From contig KZ538517.1 of NCBI GenBank assembly GCA_000934665.2, positions 62,001 through 126,000 of the forward strand: 64,000 nucleotides of DNA, given 5' to 3'. Of this stretch, positions 15,090 through 26,853 are shown one piece after another. The notes beneath the pieces were generated by a model. That model did not search any database. It was not told the origin of the DNA and worked only from the letters and a program-made list of their open reading frames with translations. This DNA is from Catajapyx aquilonaris. Its lineage: Eukaryota. Positions within the stretch are counted from its first letter, which is position 1. Every line of letters starts with the position of its first letter. The position numbers were made by a program, and so were the translations under genes.

Positions 15090-18000
15090 AGGCGCACTTT
15101 TTCACATTTATATGCCCAGTCACGAAACTATATTTGGCCTAATGATACCAATTTCACCCAGATGCACTATCCTCACCGCGGTTTCATTTCCTAAATGATA
15201 ATGTTTGTGGCAGATGGCACTGACGTCGCATTTGCAGCCGAAGAGTGGCGGTGCCTTCTGGCAGGTTCCAAAAAGAAAACCCAGCAGCCCCTTGTCGATA
15301 ATGCAAATGCACTCGACGAGATTAGCTCCTTGGCGACTAAACTAGATAGGACTTCCCAAAAAAAAGGGGGTTGGGTGGATTTATCCGGTGGCTGTCCCCC
15401 CAGTTTTATTGGTTTGGCTTGGAGGCTGCCAGTCTGACTTCAAAATAAGGGCTTTCATCCACCTAGTTTTTATGTGTCCAAACGCCCTCCCCTGGATTCC
15501 TCGCCCTTTCCGCCCTTTCTCTTCTCCACCCATACTCATCCATCTGCTTCTCAAAACAATCGTGACAGGCAAACGCAATTCCCAAAAGGAACAAGCTTTC
15601 CAGGATTCATTGGGCACAATTCCTGCATGCGAGGAGGGGGGGAGGGGGTCACACGACATCCTGGCCAAATGTTTCCAATCCGATGAATTAATGGGCAACA
15701 CCCGCCCAATCGCAGTGCTGTTGATTGGGTCAAAGGGTCTTTGATTTGTAACGACCTCCGACACGCATTGTTGCCACACTCACCGTAATCAGTAACCTGA
15801 AGTCACATTGGTCATAACCTACAATTACTAGTGAGTTACAGCCTATCACCATATGATTAACTTCAGGTAATTCATCCTGAACAATGTCAAAAACAGCAAC
15901 CACAGAGTAACGACCGGTACTGGTATTGGAACTACAAAGTCACTAAATTAATCAATTGCGAGAGGGCTCTGTGGAGCATTGAAATGGAATTAATTTCGCA
16001 CTCATGAATGCGCACTCATTCAATGATTTGAATTCATTACACGTCAGGAATGCAAGCAGTCAAAATAATGATTCGAAAACTAGCCGGTCCCTAGCGTTTT
16101 CGGATTTTATGGCTCGTATACACGTGACGTTAATCTCCTAGCCCCGCTTTAACAATGCCGGCTTCTAGGAAAATCTTTTTGCCAAAATTTGCATGCAAAT
16201 TTCGGGCTATAGTGTAGGTGCATTCTGGAACGCAACATGAAGCTCGGAAAATCCATCAAATACCTAATGATTCATTTGTAATCCGGTACCTCAACTAAAA
16301 CCCTGATACTTATCGAATCTTTTCCTAATTACTCTCAAAACAATAGGGTTCCGCTAGCATTACCGTGCATAGTTCATAAAGTAGAAAGGGGAGTAAACTC
16401 ACAATTCCGACCAGGTTGAAAGTTACTCGATATTGCCTCGGCTCCAGACCAGATTACTGAGCCGAAACTCATTAACATGAAATCGGCCTTAATTTCAGAA
16501 CCGGTAGGGATCGAGGCCACGTCGGCAGTAAAATATCCCCGCAAAATCCGGTATTAAGATCTCTATAGACGCGTCCAACAGTCCACATCCCCCCTCTAAC
16601 AAAGACATCTTTGGCTGATCTTCGCAAACAGCAAGGAGACCATTTTATTCCTCCCAAAGGCTCTCTCTTTCTCTCCCAAGTGCTCGTTATTACCTTAATA
16701 TCCAACTTGGGATGAAGAAGAAGTAGTAGAGGAGGGAAAACCTCAAGGAAAATATTGGCAGCCAGGGGGGAAAAGGAGCCCCTATGAAATGTGGGCAGGA
16801 AAAGGAAGAAACAATAACCTCAGCCAAGTCCTCCGAAAAGGAAGAAGAAGAAGAAAAAAAAAAGAAAGAAAGATGAGAAACGACCCTTTTGGAAGTCATC
16901 AGGCAGTCCGAAAGCTCCCTCACCAACTTTTATCCCTCATCTGCAACTAGATTGATTGTGGTTTTTGGCCCCGCACACCAAAAAAAAACACGTCCTTCCT
17001 TTTTATTTCAGGTCGCTCCCGATTTCCTGCCTTATGGTCGGAATCCTCAATTACTCGGAAAGTAACTTGTCTTCCAACTTTATTGCAAGATTCACATTGT
17101 TTCCGGGTTTAAATCAGGAATGCATATAAAAAAATTAAATTCATTCCGAAATCCCGTTTTCGGTGGTTCCTTTTTATTCTTTGCTATAAGACGGTTTATG
17201 GGCTTGAAATTGCACAAAATTGCAGCCGGTAATTGTCAACGGTGCATCTCTGGTAATAAAACGAATGTGCCATACATGGGCGGTCAAAAAATATCCAGTG
17301 TCCAGCCAACTAAAAATCCGTTTTCAGCATCGAATCCGGGGTCCCCCTATAAAATCCGCTGTGGATTTCCGGGAGATAGAATTGTGCTGGACGAGAAGAT
17401 GATGGCTGGAATCGAGAGTAGGGGGGGTTCTTTTTTTCCCCCTTCTTGCCCATCACAGCCTGGGATCAAACCCGCAGCAATTCCACTTGATTTAGTGGCT
17501 CTGGTGATGCGAGCTCCAGGCGAATTATGGGACCCTAAAGGCTCCTTTGACGAATGGCCAACCCCCGCCTCTTATTTCCACAGTAGACTCTACTATTCCC
17601 TTTTCCAAAAAAAACTAAAACTAAAGAATAATTGGTAAACCAAAATTTAGCAAATTCTAGATGCTCTTTTTGGGCATCAGACGCGTCGCCAGTCGCGATT
17701 TAATATTCAGCGCTGCGCTTGTTGACAATGGCGCTGTTCGCGAAAGTGAAGGAAAAGGCTGAAAAGATTGGAGTAAGGGTGGAGCTTTGGGGAGAGCTGG
17801 GCATAAAGGCAGTCCCGTTGCCTTGTCTCATTGTTAGCAATTTTCCTCGCATGTTTCCCACTCATTCGGCCCTTAGCCCTTATATATATATATTTTTTGC
17901 CCAAACCCCGCCCTCCAATTCTTGTCTAGGCCCTAACTGTACCTGTCATGTATCAAAAGCTCAGTGTGCAACCCGCCCGTTGAAATTTAGCAATTTACAC

Positions 18001-19511
18001 AATGTCAAACAGACCTGTATACCTTGTATAGAAACAATTTTTTACGAGCGTACCTGCCGAACATAACGTAGGTGTAACGAGACACTACCGTCACCTCCAC
18101 CGCGTAACGCTACTTTGTTTTCATACCTGTCTAATATTTTTCTGAGCTCAATTGGTTTTGTTCTGGAAGCCATGTCGTCACGAAGGCCACCAGACAAATA
18201 AGGCCGTGAGGAAGTGGACACAAAAAAAACAATTTGGGTCTCCTCCTACAACCCCCCTCCCTTAAAACAAGGCCGTTTGTGAATTGTGTATGCATCAGAT
18301 TCAAAGTGCGTTACCAATCGAGTCCTCCTCCTCTAGGCTGTGAGCAAACAGGCGCCATGGCGCCAGTCGAGATTCCTATGGCCCCCCCAAAGGCCGTGTC
18401 AAAGGGAAAGCCTCAAACGCGTAATAAATAATTAGACGAGGCTTATGCATGTTTTGAGCCAGTTCAATATCCTCTGTCATGTCGGGTATATCCCTTCCTT
18501 CCATCCGTCTGTGCATCCACTCGTTGAAAATTTCATGACTTCAGCTCGCTAATGAATGAAAGCCGACGAGGAAGAGACTTCCTCGTCAGAATATTAACCA
18601 CCTTCGCGCCCAGATTCATAGAGCTTTCAAGGGAGTCGACTGTGATATTTCACTTCTCATGAAGAAGATCCTTCCCTGCAACTCTCCTATTTCATCGCAG
18701 ACCTTTTATTCATTTTTTTTTTCATAAAAAGAAGTTGGGTTCGTTTCCCACAATTTCCTCTCGAAATGGTCACTCCTCATGCAAGCATATGGCCTCCTGT
18801 GCTAAGATTAATTTTCTCATATAACGTAACGAAACAAAGGTAATTGTACTGCAACGACTACAAAGCGAGACATACAACTGGTTTATGAACTGACACAAAA
18901 ATTATTATACGCACAGTATCTTTGCAATCACATTTTTCAAGGTTGACATTTTGCTCATACTGTGTACATATTGTACAATTAATTTACATGTTAGTACGAG
19001 CGATTGAGTAATTCAATGATTGTGATTTTCTCGCCGGTGATGTTCCCCTGACAAGCAGATATTGGTCAAAGGTCATCGGCATGATGCGAGCTAGTTGGGT
19101 ATGCAGAATTGCACGCTCAAAGGTTTCTCCAGAGGCCGCTGGTTGGAGAAAAAGGAAAGGAAACGTGCTCGGAAAGACAGATGAAGTGAGTCAGCGCTTG
19201 CTCCCTAAGGACTTTTGCCTCCTTTCAGGTCCATCCTCCTTCAGACATATACCTATCGGCCACGACCGCCTTTTCTCAACACACAAAAAAAAGATCAAGA
19301 ATTGACAAAAAAGGATATGAAAAAAAAACTTAGCCCCGAGAAACGTGTGGATGGTGTTACATTGTCGTCGTGGGAATTCACCCCTGCGATCATCTGGGCA
19401 GACGTGTCTCTTTCAAGGAAACTTCTCTCCAAAGTAGTTTATAACATGTCCTACGTGTAATCTAATCTTCAAGAGCTCCTTTATGCACGCGTGACTGCCA
19501 TAATCTGTATA

Positions 19512-19515
<4 letters not shown>

Positions 19516-19606
<91 letters not shown>
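19516..19606. repeat. (TA)n microsatellite, about 45 units
   Basis: Direct reading. Confidence 0.98.
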
Positions 19607-19608
<2 letters not shown>

Positions 19609-21671
19609 TCCTGGCTACTTGTTAAACCATTGTGTTATGAAGTACGCATTGTTGTTATGAGGACTGGCAGGTCTGACTGTCCATGACGGATGATTTGCAG
19701 TATACACGATATTTACAGTTTGCGCAACTGTACAGACGAACAATTTGCACCATCATTCTTCAACCAATATTGGGGGGGGGGGGCAAATATTCGGTTAATA
19801 TTATGCAATTATTGAGCCCATGTTTGCACAAAATTAATTTCTGCTTTGAGTGCATGTGAAATGAATATTAATCCATATGCACAGAGGGGTCAAAAAATAA
19901 ACACAGTACTGATTGACCAAACGGATTCATTTCTCACACTCTGATGCAAGCTTGGAAATAATATCGCATGCTCTTGTACATATCCATTATTACGTAGCAG
20001 CAACTTATCTTCCCAGCGCATAAAAATTTCCCAAAAAACCGTGCCATAAACCTCGCCCCATTGTGTGACTTATCTTAGCTAGACTAACCATCATCATCAG
20101 TCGTTCCGCAGGGACCCAGAAAAAAAAAATCCAATAAATTGACTCCCAATGTGGCCTTTCATTTGGGGGGTAATGGGCATGAGTCACGCACAACCCACGG
20201 GCCGGAGATCGTTATGCCCCATCACCAATCAGGCAACCCCTCTACCTCTCCCAAACCGCGAATTAAAATAAATTAGCCCAAATGCGCTGAATAAAAAAGG
20301 GATAAAAAATGGCAAAATTTTTTGGAGGAACCTTATACTGACAATATTAGCATAATTTCGTGTCATAAGTGTGATAACCTCAAACGGTGATTTAATGTAG
20401 GTCTACATTGAGGGAAGGGTAAAAAAAAAAGTTGAAGACCTAGAGGAATCTTAATCCCGGCCTCCTTTCACGTGTCAACGGGATTACAAGTGACATGTCT
20501 GTCAAGCTGTCGCGTTAATTCAGGATCAAGCGTCATATCTGAGTTGCTCCGCTTCACTACACACAAACATCTCATTACAATCTACGGAAAAAATCGGTCA
20601 GATCATTATCACCTTTCAGTTAGTCTCCACAAGCATATTTTTCATGGGCGACATGCCCTGTCACTTACGGGTCCTAATGTATGTCAACCACTTGGTCATT
20701 TAAGTATAATCTGACATGCCTATTTTATGCACTTTCCCATGCAAATCCTGTTAATTATGCGGTCTCATACGTCTCTATACACTCTGCAAGTCGTGTCATC
20801 GTGTCGTACATGCACTGTACACGATGACATGACTTGTTCAAGGTGAGAAAGTCCAAATATATAGAGACGACTAAACTTTCTCAATTGTCCTACAAAAAAT
20901 GTCTAAGTGGTGTCCTGTTGTTCCGAGTAATTTCGATATGCAAGGTATATGCAAGTCACACTTCCAACTATGATATGGGTTACGAGGTCTTGGCCACATA
21001 TAGTATCTCTCTGATTACGTACCCCGAGCTCGAAGATCGCTATCGAATTTAATCACTCGCACAAATCAGCAGTGAGCAATTAACAGTAATCCCTGCCTTG
21101 ACATGCAATGATCAGTAGGGGATTATATTCAAATATTCATTTGGTGTTGCAAGCACAACCCATACACTATAAATGTGTTGAGTGCTCATATGCATCCCCA
21201 AAAAAATTGTCATACTCGAAATTGAAATTTTCACAAGTACAGCAAAATCTAACCAGCAAAGCAGAATTTTTCAGCCAACTCTGTGCTTTTGCAGCCATAA
21301 TTAGAATATAATCTCTGCCCCTTTCCTGGAGTCCTTCCTTCCCTCAGGTAATCACAAAAGGAAAGCCATCTAATTGCTTCCGCCAAGAAGGCAACGAATT
21401 ATGCCCGTTTTCATATTCCTGGCGAGGACTTGCTGACTCGCTTATTTCGTTTCTTCTCCTTTTGTATATCTCCCTTTCAGTCCTGGCCACAATTTTCCTT
21501 CCCACTTGACATTTCCGCACAGTCGCCCAGATGACGAGGCTTCGCCTTAGGAGGAATGTTTGCTTTCAATTAACAAAGTTTTCTTTGCAGCCAAGGTAAT
21601 TTTTTCCGCTCTTTAATGGTTTCTGTAATTTGTTTTGCGTGCTTCCTAGGGAATCGTACTTCCCCCCCCCC

Positions 21672-21686
21672 NNNNNNNNNNNNNNN
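21672..21686. other. Assembly gap after a poly-C run (second gap at 54451-54461 after poly-G)
   Basis: N run. Confidence 0.95.
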
Positions 21687-22749
21687 TGTGGAAACTGATT
21701 TAGAAAAGTTGATTGGCAGAAGTGCTGATCTGAGCAGAAGATTCGAAGATGAATAGGGGGTCGCATATCTTAAGAAGTTCGTCTCCAATCCTTCCACTTA
21801 TTCCAGAAAACCAAAATTATGCGCACTCTGCATTATTCATATGATATACAGTACTGAAATCTATGTACTGCTGCACTGGAGAGAGCTCTTACTAGTTTTA
21901 AAATTGCTCTTTTGCGATTGAGGTCAAAATATAGCTGTCTGGAAAAAAATTTACTTTTGTTTCTGGCTCGCTCTCACACATGTGCCGCTATAGTCTTCAC
22001 CCACATTAGTGAGAACAGCAAAAAATAATGGTGCCAGTAGTGAAAATACCAATATGCGAATTCTTTACAACAATATATTGTATTTGAATGACTCCATAAT
22101 GTTTCACATTCAGACCTCTGCACTTGCCACCATTGCAGCTGAAGTTATTACCAACAGTATAATTAACCAAAAAAGCTAGACATCTGCAGACAGGTAGTTC
22201 CAGGGAACCCTCCGAATGCTAATAACATTAACAAAAACTGCGCAAAACTTAGCCCCCCAGCTGCTCTGAATTTTTTAAAACGCCTAAAATGGTGTTCGCT
22301 ACTTTCTGCAACACGGTCGCATGGATAATTCACTCGTTCCGGATGCATACAAGTTGTGGTATACAACGGCTGCTGTGCAGGAAATAAAGGGTCATGCTTT
22401 GTTGGTCCCACTTCCCCAAATATTCAACCAGCTCGCACTCCCATCACGTACTACAACTTACATAATGTTCCACTGAACTTCAATGCAACCCCCAGCATCG
22501 CATCCTGAAAATGTCCCCAAAGTTGGATCGATGCAAGGTGTTGTCCGATTCTATATTTAGTCCTGAATTTTCTTCTTCACCACCACTACCAGACGAGTCA
22601 TTGAACCGAGTTCACGTATTTATAGAGAGGAAGAATCACTGGACGTGTTGCGGCCATTCAATCGGGTCACTGACCACTTCCCCCACCAAAAGGTCTGTAT
22701 CGATCTTTGCCACCTCACTTGTTTGCAACACCTGAAGACTAATGTTCCC

Positions 22750-22960
22750 TTATCGTAGCCTTTATCGGGCGGTGCCCAGAAAATTAATGGAGCAAATGGG
22801 AGAGATTTATACGGGCGCGTCTGTGCCGGAGACGTCTCCATGTTGACTACTTTTAGAGGCATCAATTCTATATCGTACCGTGTTCCGTGGACGTGCTGTG
22901 CCCATGCATCACTTGGGAATTCCACAAAAGCCTCGGTGCAATAAACCGGAGAGCAGATTC
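22750..22960 (-). pseudogene. Degenerate PIF/Harbinger-ISL2EU-type (DDE_Tnp_4-like) transposase fragment
   Basis: VYCTEAFVEFPSDAWAQ..RY..LKVV..TSP resembles the IDCTEIFIERPS...Q..Y...K.L.GITP block, with DKGY downstream; first catalytic Asp replaced by Tyr. Match judged by eye. Confidence 0.4.
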
Positions 22961-24298
22961 CCCTATCAGTTCTGCCAAAATTCAATCCATTTTGACCATT
23001 GCATGCTGGTCAGCTATTCGAAATGGTGGTGTTTTTCCGCCATTACAATAGAGCCAACCCGACGTAACCCACTCAAATTATCCGCTAATTATTATTTGAC
23101 TCATAACCGTGTGTAGGGATAATTAGTGTACCAATTATGTCCTCGTATTGGGTTATATCGTCATTAGGCTCGTGGACTCGTGTTTCGTCACGTTCAATCG
23201 GCGACCGGGCTGCCAATCATCATGTGCAATGTACTGTGCACGGATATACCCGGCCGATATAAATCTGTCCCCATACCCGACACACACCCAAAGAACCTTG
23301 GTCAACACAGAAGGCCGTGCATCCAACGCTGTGTTGTGTACTACGTGGGGTGGTGAGTGTTCCAGGAATATTATGATATGGCCATAAAAGTCCAAATTGA
23401 TATAAACACACCTGTCACTTGACCTGATTAGGGTGAAACTTGAGATCCGTCATTAGAAAATCACAGGTCGGCAAGGGGTAATAAATTATAGTAACGAAAT
23501 TACTGCAGCTGCGCATAAGCAGGTGAAGGTCGACGCAAGTGATTCTTGATAGTTCTGCAAGACTGGATTTAACTGTAAAAACCTAACACGCCGCTTCTGT
23601 GAGAAAGGAAAAATGCTAGCCAATTAGTGCTATATATGCGCACCGCCGTTTTTTTAAATTCTCAAATTTACTCCACGTATCTACAGCAAGGTAAACCAGA
23701 TACATGTGCTGAGTGTAATTTGCACACCACATATGCGATATTCACTATGCACTTGTTGGAAGTGTAAGGGACAATAACCTCCCATATAATGAGGCAACAT
23801 TTCAAAATGTGTTTTTAAAATCCAGACCATGCGCATTGAATATATTATTGAATTTCACACACATTACACGCGCACCTATTGCATTGGCAATTAGGAAGGT
23901 ATTTAAAAATTTACCTGGTCATACGAGTCGGGAGTGTAATGTAGTTTTAAATGACAGGACGATAGCATATCATATAACTACTGTCATTCCCGGAGAGAGA
24001 GGTCAACCGATCCCCATAACCCATAAGGAAAAAGGTCCATACGGGACCCAGAGCACTTGTTCCATTGAAAACATCAAAGCGAAACGTTGTACGGCTAACA
24101 TCACGCTCCGTTTCTCCCATAAATCAAAGAAAAACCACTGCGGAGAAGCAGCCAAGTAGAACTGGCCCACGTGACTCGGCCTAACTGGAGCAACATGCAC
24201 TCATTACACTATCAGTAGATCAAACACGGCTACCGCTTACTTACAAAGTACCGCCGCACGGAAAAAGTACCCACAGTCTTGCAAGAATGTAAACTCAC

Positions 24299-24420
24299 GT
24301 GATTGTCTCTCAGGTGGGAAAGAGCACGGCCATGGCCCCCAACTCGACCAGGCCAAGTTCCCTCGTCCGTACCACGCTGGCCGGCGACCAAAACAAGACT
24401 CACACACGGCACACACACGC
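24299..24420 (-). other. Probable non-coding first exon of a gene running leftwards out of the window
   Basis: CpG-rich patch, Inr-like TGAGTC near 24400, donor CAC|GTGAGT at 24299/24298. Confidence 0.4.
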
Positions 24421-24822
24421 GGTCCTCCCTAGGCAGGTAGCGGCGCTCGCTGGAGGGTGATGCCACGTGACGTCCACAGCACGCCCCCACATCCCCATAT
24501 TACTAGCTGGGAACTCGTACTGTCTCTCGGATGATCCCCGTTGGCAATTCCGGGCGCTGCTTGCACATGTACTGTACAGTCTGTACCTGCTGCACCTGCA
24601 CATCAGCTGTTTCCGTTACACGCTCTAATTATGACTCCGCTGACATGAATACTGATCATGAATCTTCGCGAAATAGTGTAGTAAAAGTATATGAACCGGT
24701 TTCACTCTTCAGATACACAATGCAAAGGAGCTGCAATGTGTCCAACATTCACTTTCATGGCCTTCTCACATCTGGCAAAACTTTCTCAAGTCATCACTCC
24801 TGTGGTTGTACACGGGTTGTAG

Positions 24823-24870
24823 CACGGAGCCTTTAGTCATCCAAGCGCTTGGATGACTAAAGGCTCCGTG
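24823..24870. mobile_element. 48-bp perfect palindrome with an 8-bp TSD; minimal TIR-only element
   Basis: cacggagcctttagtcatccaagcgcttggatgactaaaggctccgtg equals its own reverse complement; flanked by ggttgtag at 24815-24822 and 24871-24878. Confidence 0.8.
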
Positions 24871-26570
24871 GGTTGTAGTACCATCCCTACCTGCCACAGT
24901 TCTCCCTCTGGGTCGTTCACTCATTGACAACCGTTTGACCTGGAGGGGATAAGCGGGGTCTGCGCGTGTAATCCAGATTGACCTCCAAGCGAGGGATTCC
25001 CCGAGGGACCACTAAGCCTAAACCTTGCACTAAACCGCCATGGGTCATGGGTCACAGTGTCAATGGGACGCAAAAACACTGCGAAGACCCTATGCCTTGC
25101 AGGTGGACAGCAAGTCTTGTCCTGTCAGTGGGTGGATGCAGTGTTGGGTACAGCGTTCACTGCTGCGTCGCGGCAGGTCAGGGTGGACACGAGAGAGAGA
25201 GAGGTCACTCACACGCGATACTTGGCCCCAGAAATCCTGACCTCGACTCGGGGACCACGGGTGGATAAATAGAAAGGAAGGTCCATCCCATTGCCCCAGT
25301 CCCCCTCCCTTCTCTGCAACTTTGTTGTGAATGCTTACATGAGTTACATCAATGGTGGATTATGAAGGCGGCCATAGTTAATCCAGTGACTGTCCCCACG
25401 GGAGTCACCAATCACGGAGGCCAATGATGTTCTCTATCCGTAGGTTCCAGAATGCGCTGCCCGATTAAAATTTAGTATTTGCAAAAAGTCATGTTAGCTT
25501 TTCCCAAGGAAATTGCAGGAAACTTCAACAGTATGAGTGTATGACAGAAGCACTCACTTGTCAGTCATCTACTGATTTGATTTCAGTAACATGAATATTA
25601 CAGCTTTATTGAAATGCCAAGAAAAAATGGGTCGAACCAAATGTTCATCCTTATCATACATCACAGTATATCCCAAGAACAAGGGTACCATAACAAGGAG
25701 CAGTTTCCTCGTTACCTCACATGACTAATACAAAAATTCTGAAGCACTGCTCTCAATTGCTCACGAAAATAAGGATGGAGAGGCCAGGAGGCCCAACTTC
25801 TTGACACTGCCGTAGTCATGATTGTTGATATAATTCAGACTTCAAATAATTTGACTATATGACGGTTGTCTTCCCCAGCAATGGTCAAGAAGTCTTGACT
25901 ACACGTCTACACACTAACAGTAAGTACCTGAAACTGAAGTGAAATCGGATTACAATGAACAGACTGCTTCTCAATGCAGAAACTTGTCAACCATTTATTT
26001 CGTGCCTGAAAGTGTACAAAATGAATGTCAACAAACCTTGAGTACAAAATCAGTTTTCCTCTTTACTGACACCAATATGAATATTTTGACAATTCTCCCA
26101 GCATCAAACACCACGCAGCCAAGGATGAGTAAGAAAGTAGACCAAAACAGTTTGTGACAAAACATTCTCCATTCTATCAACACCAGAGCCAAGTCACATC
26201 GGGTGGAAAAGCAGTCTCCATCAACTCTCAATGTAATTAAGCACCGATGTACAGTACAGCCCAATTGCTTTCAAAGCCAAGCGTTGCAAAATAGAACACA
26301 CCTTGCCATTAGGATTTCAAATGTCAAAAGTGTACACTATCACACACTAATGGTATTAAGTTAAGCGAGGATTAGTAAATATAACTCATTTTGTTTTGGC
26401 ACAATCTCACTGCCTCAACTAAGTTTGCAGTGTGATTTTTTAAATCATTGCAAGTGTGTGGAGACTAGTCTTCACCAGGAATTCATAGCTCTTAACACCT
26501 AGAAAATTTTAAATAAAAAAGAATTCTTCTCACACTTTGCAGCTTCTTGAATTAGTTTCAAACAAACCAA

Positions 26571-26576
26571 TTTATT
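26571..26576 (-). terminator. Candidate PREP polyadenylation signal AATAAA (others at 25994-25999 and 25605-25610)
   Basis: tttatt on the + strand, downstream of the stop codon. Confidence 0.35.
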
Positions 26577-26787
26577 TAATATAATGTACTTTGCAAATGC
26601 ATAAATTGAAGTGCTAGAAATGTGCAAAATTACATCACAATCCACATGATATTGTCAACATCCTTCCAATCAAATTATAATGCCCCTGTGCAACAAAACA
26701 CAGATATATGGTATTTTCAAAATAACTTTTCCAAGTTAAAAAACACTGCCATGGTATGTCCATCAACCTGTATTGTAATTTGATCAA

Positions 26788-26853
26788 TCACTTTTTGAAC
26801 TCTATTCCTAGTGCCTCAACCAGGAAGCAGAAGATATCCGTGTGTTCCTCAAT
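26788..26853 (-). CDS. PREP: PREP last coding exon ([21 protein letters not shown])
   Basis: ttcag| acceptor, TGA at 26790-26788. Confidence 0.93.
   Translation of the reverse strand: MEEHTDIFCFLVEALGIEFKK

Noticed and set aside
16078..16380. Possible Helitron-like fragment
   Set aside because: Only short motif resemblance; no defined ends.
18565..18587. 10-bp stem hairpin gacgaggaag-aga-cttcctcgtc
   Set aside because: Short, isolated and without supporting context.
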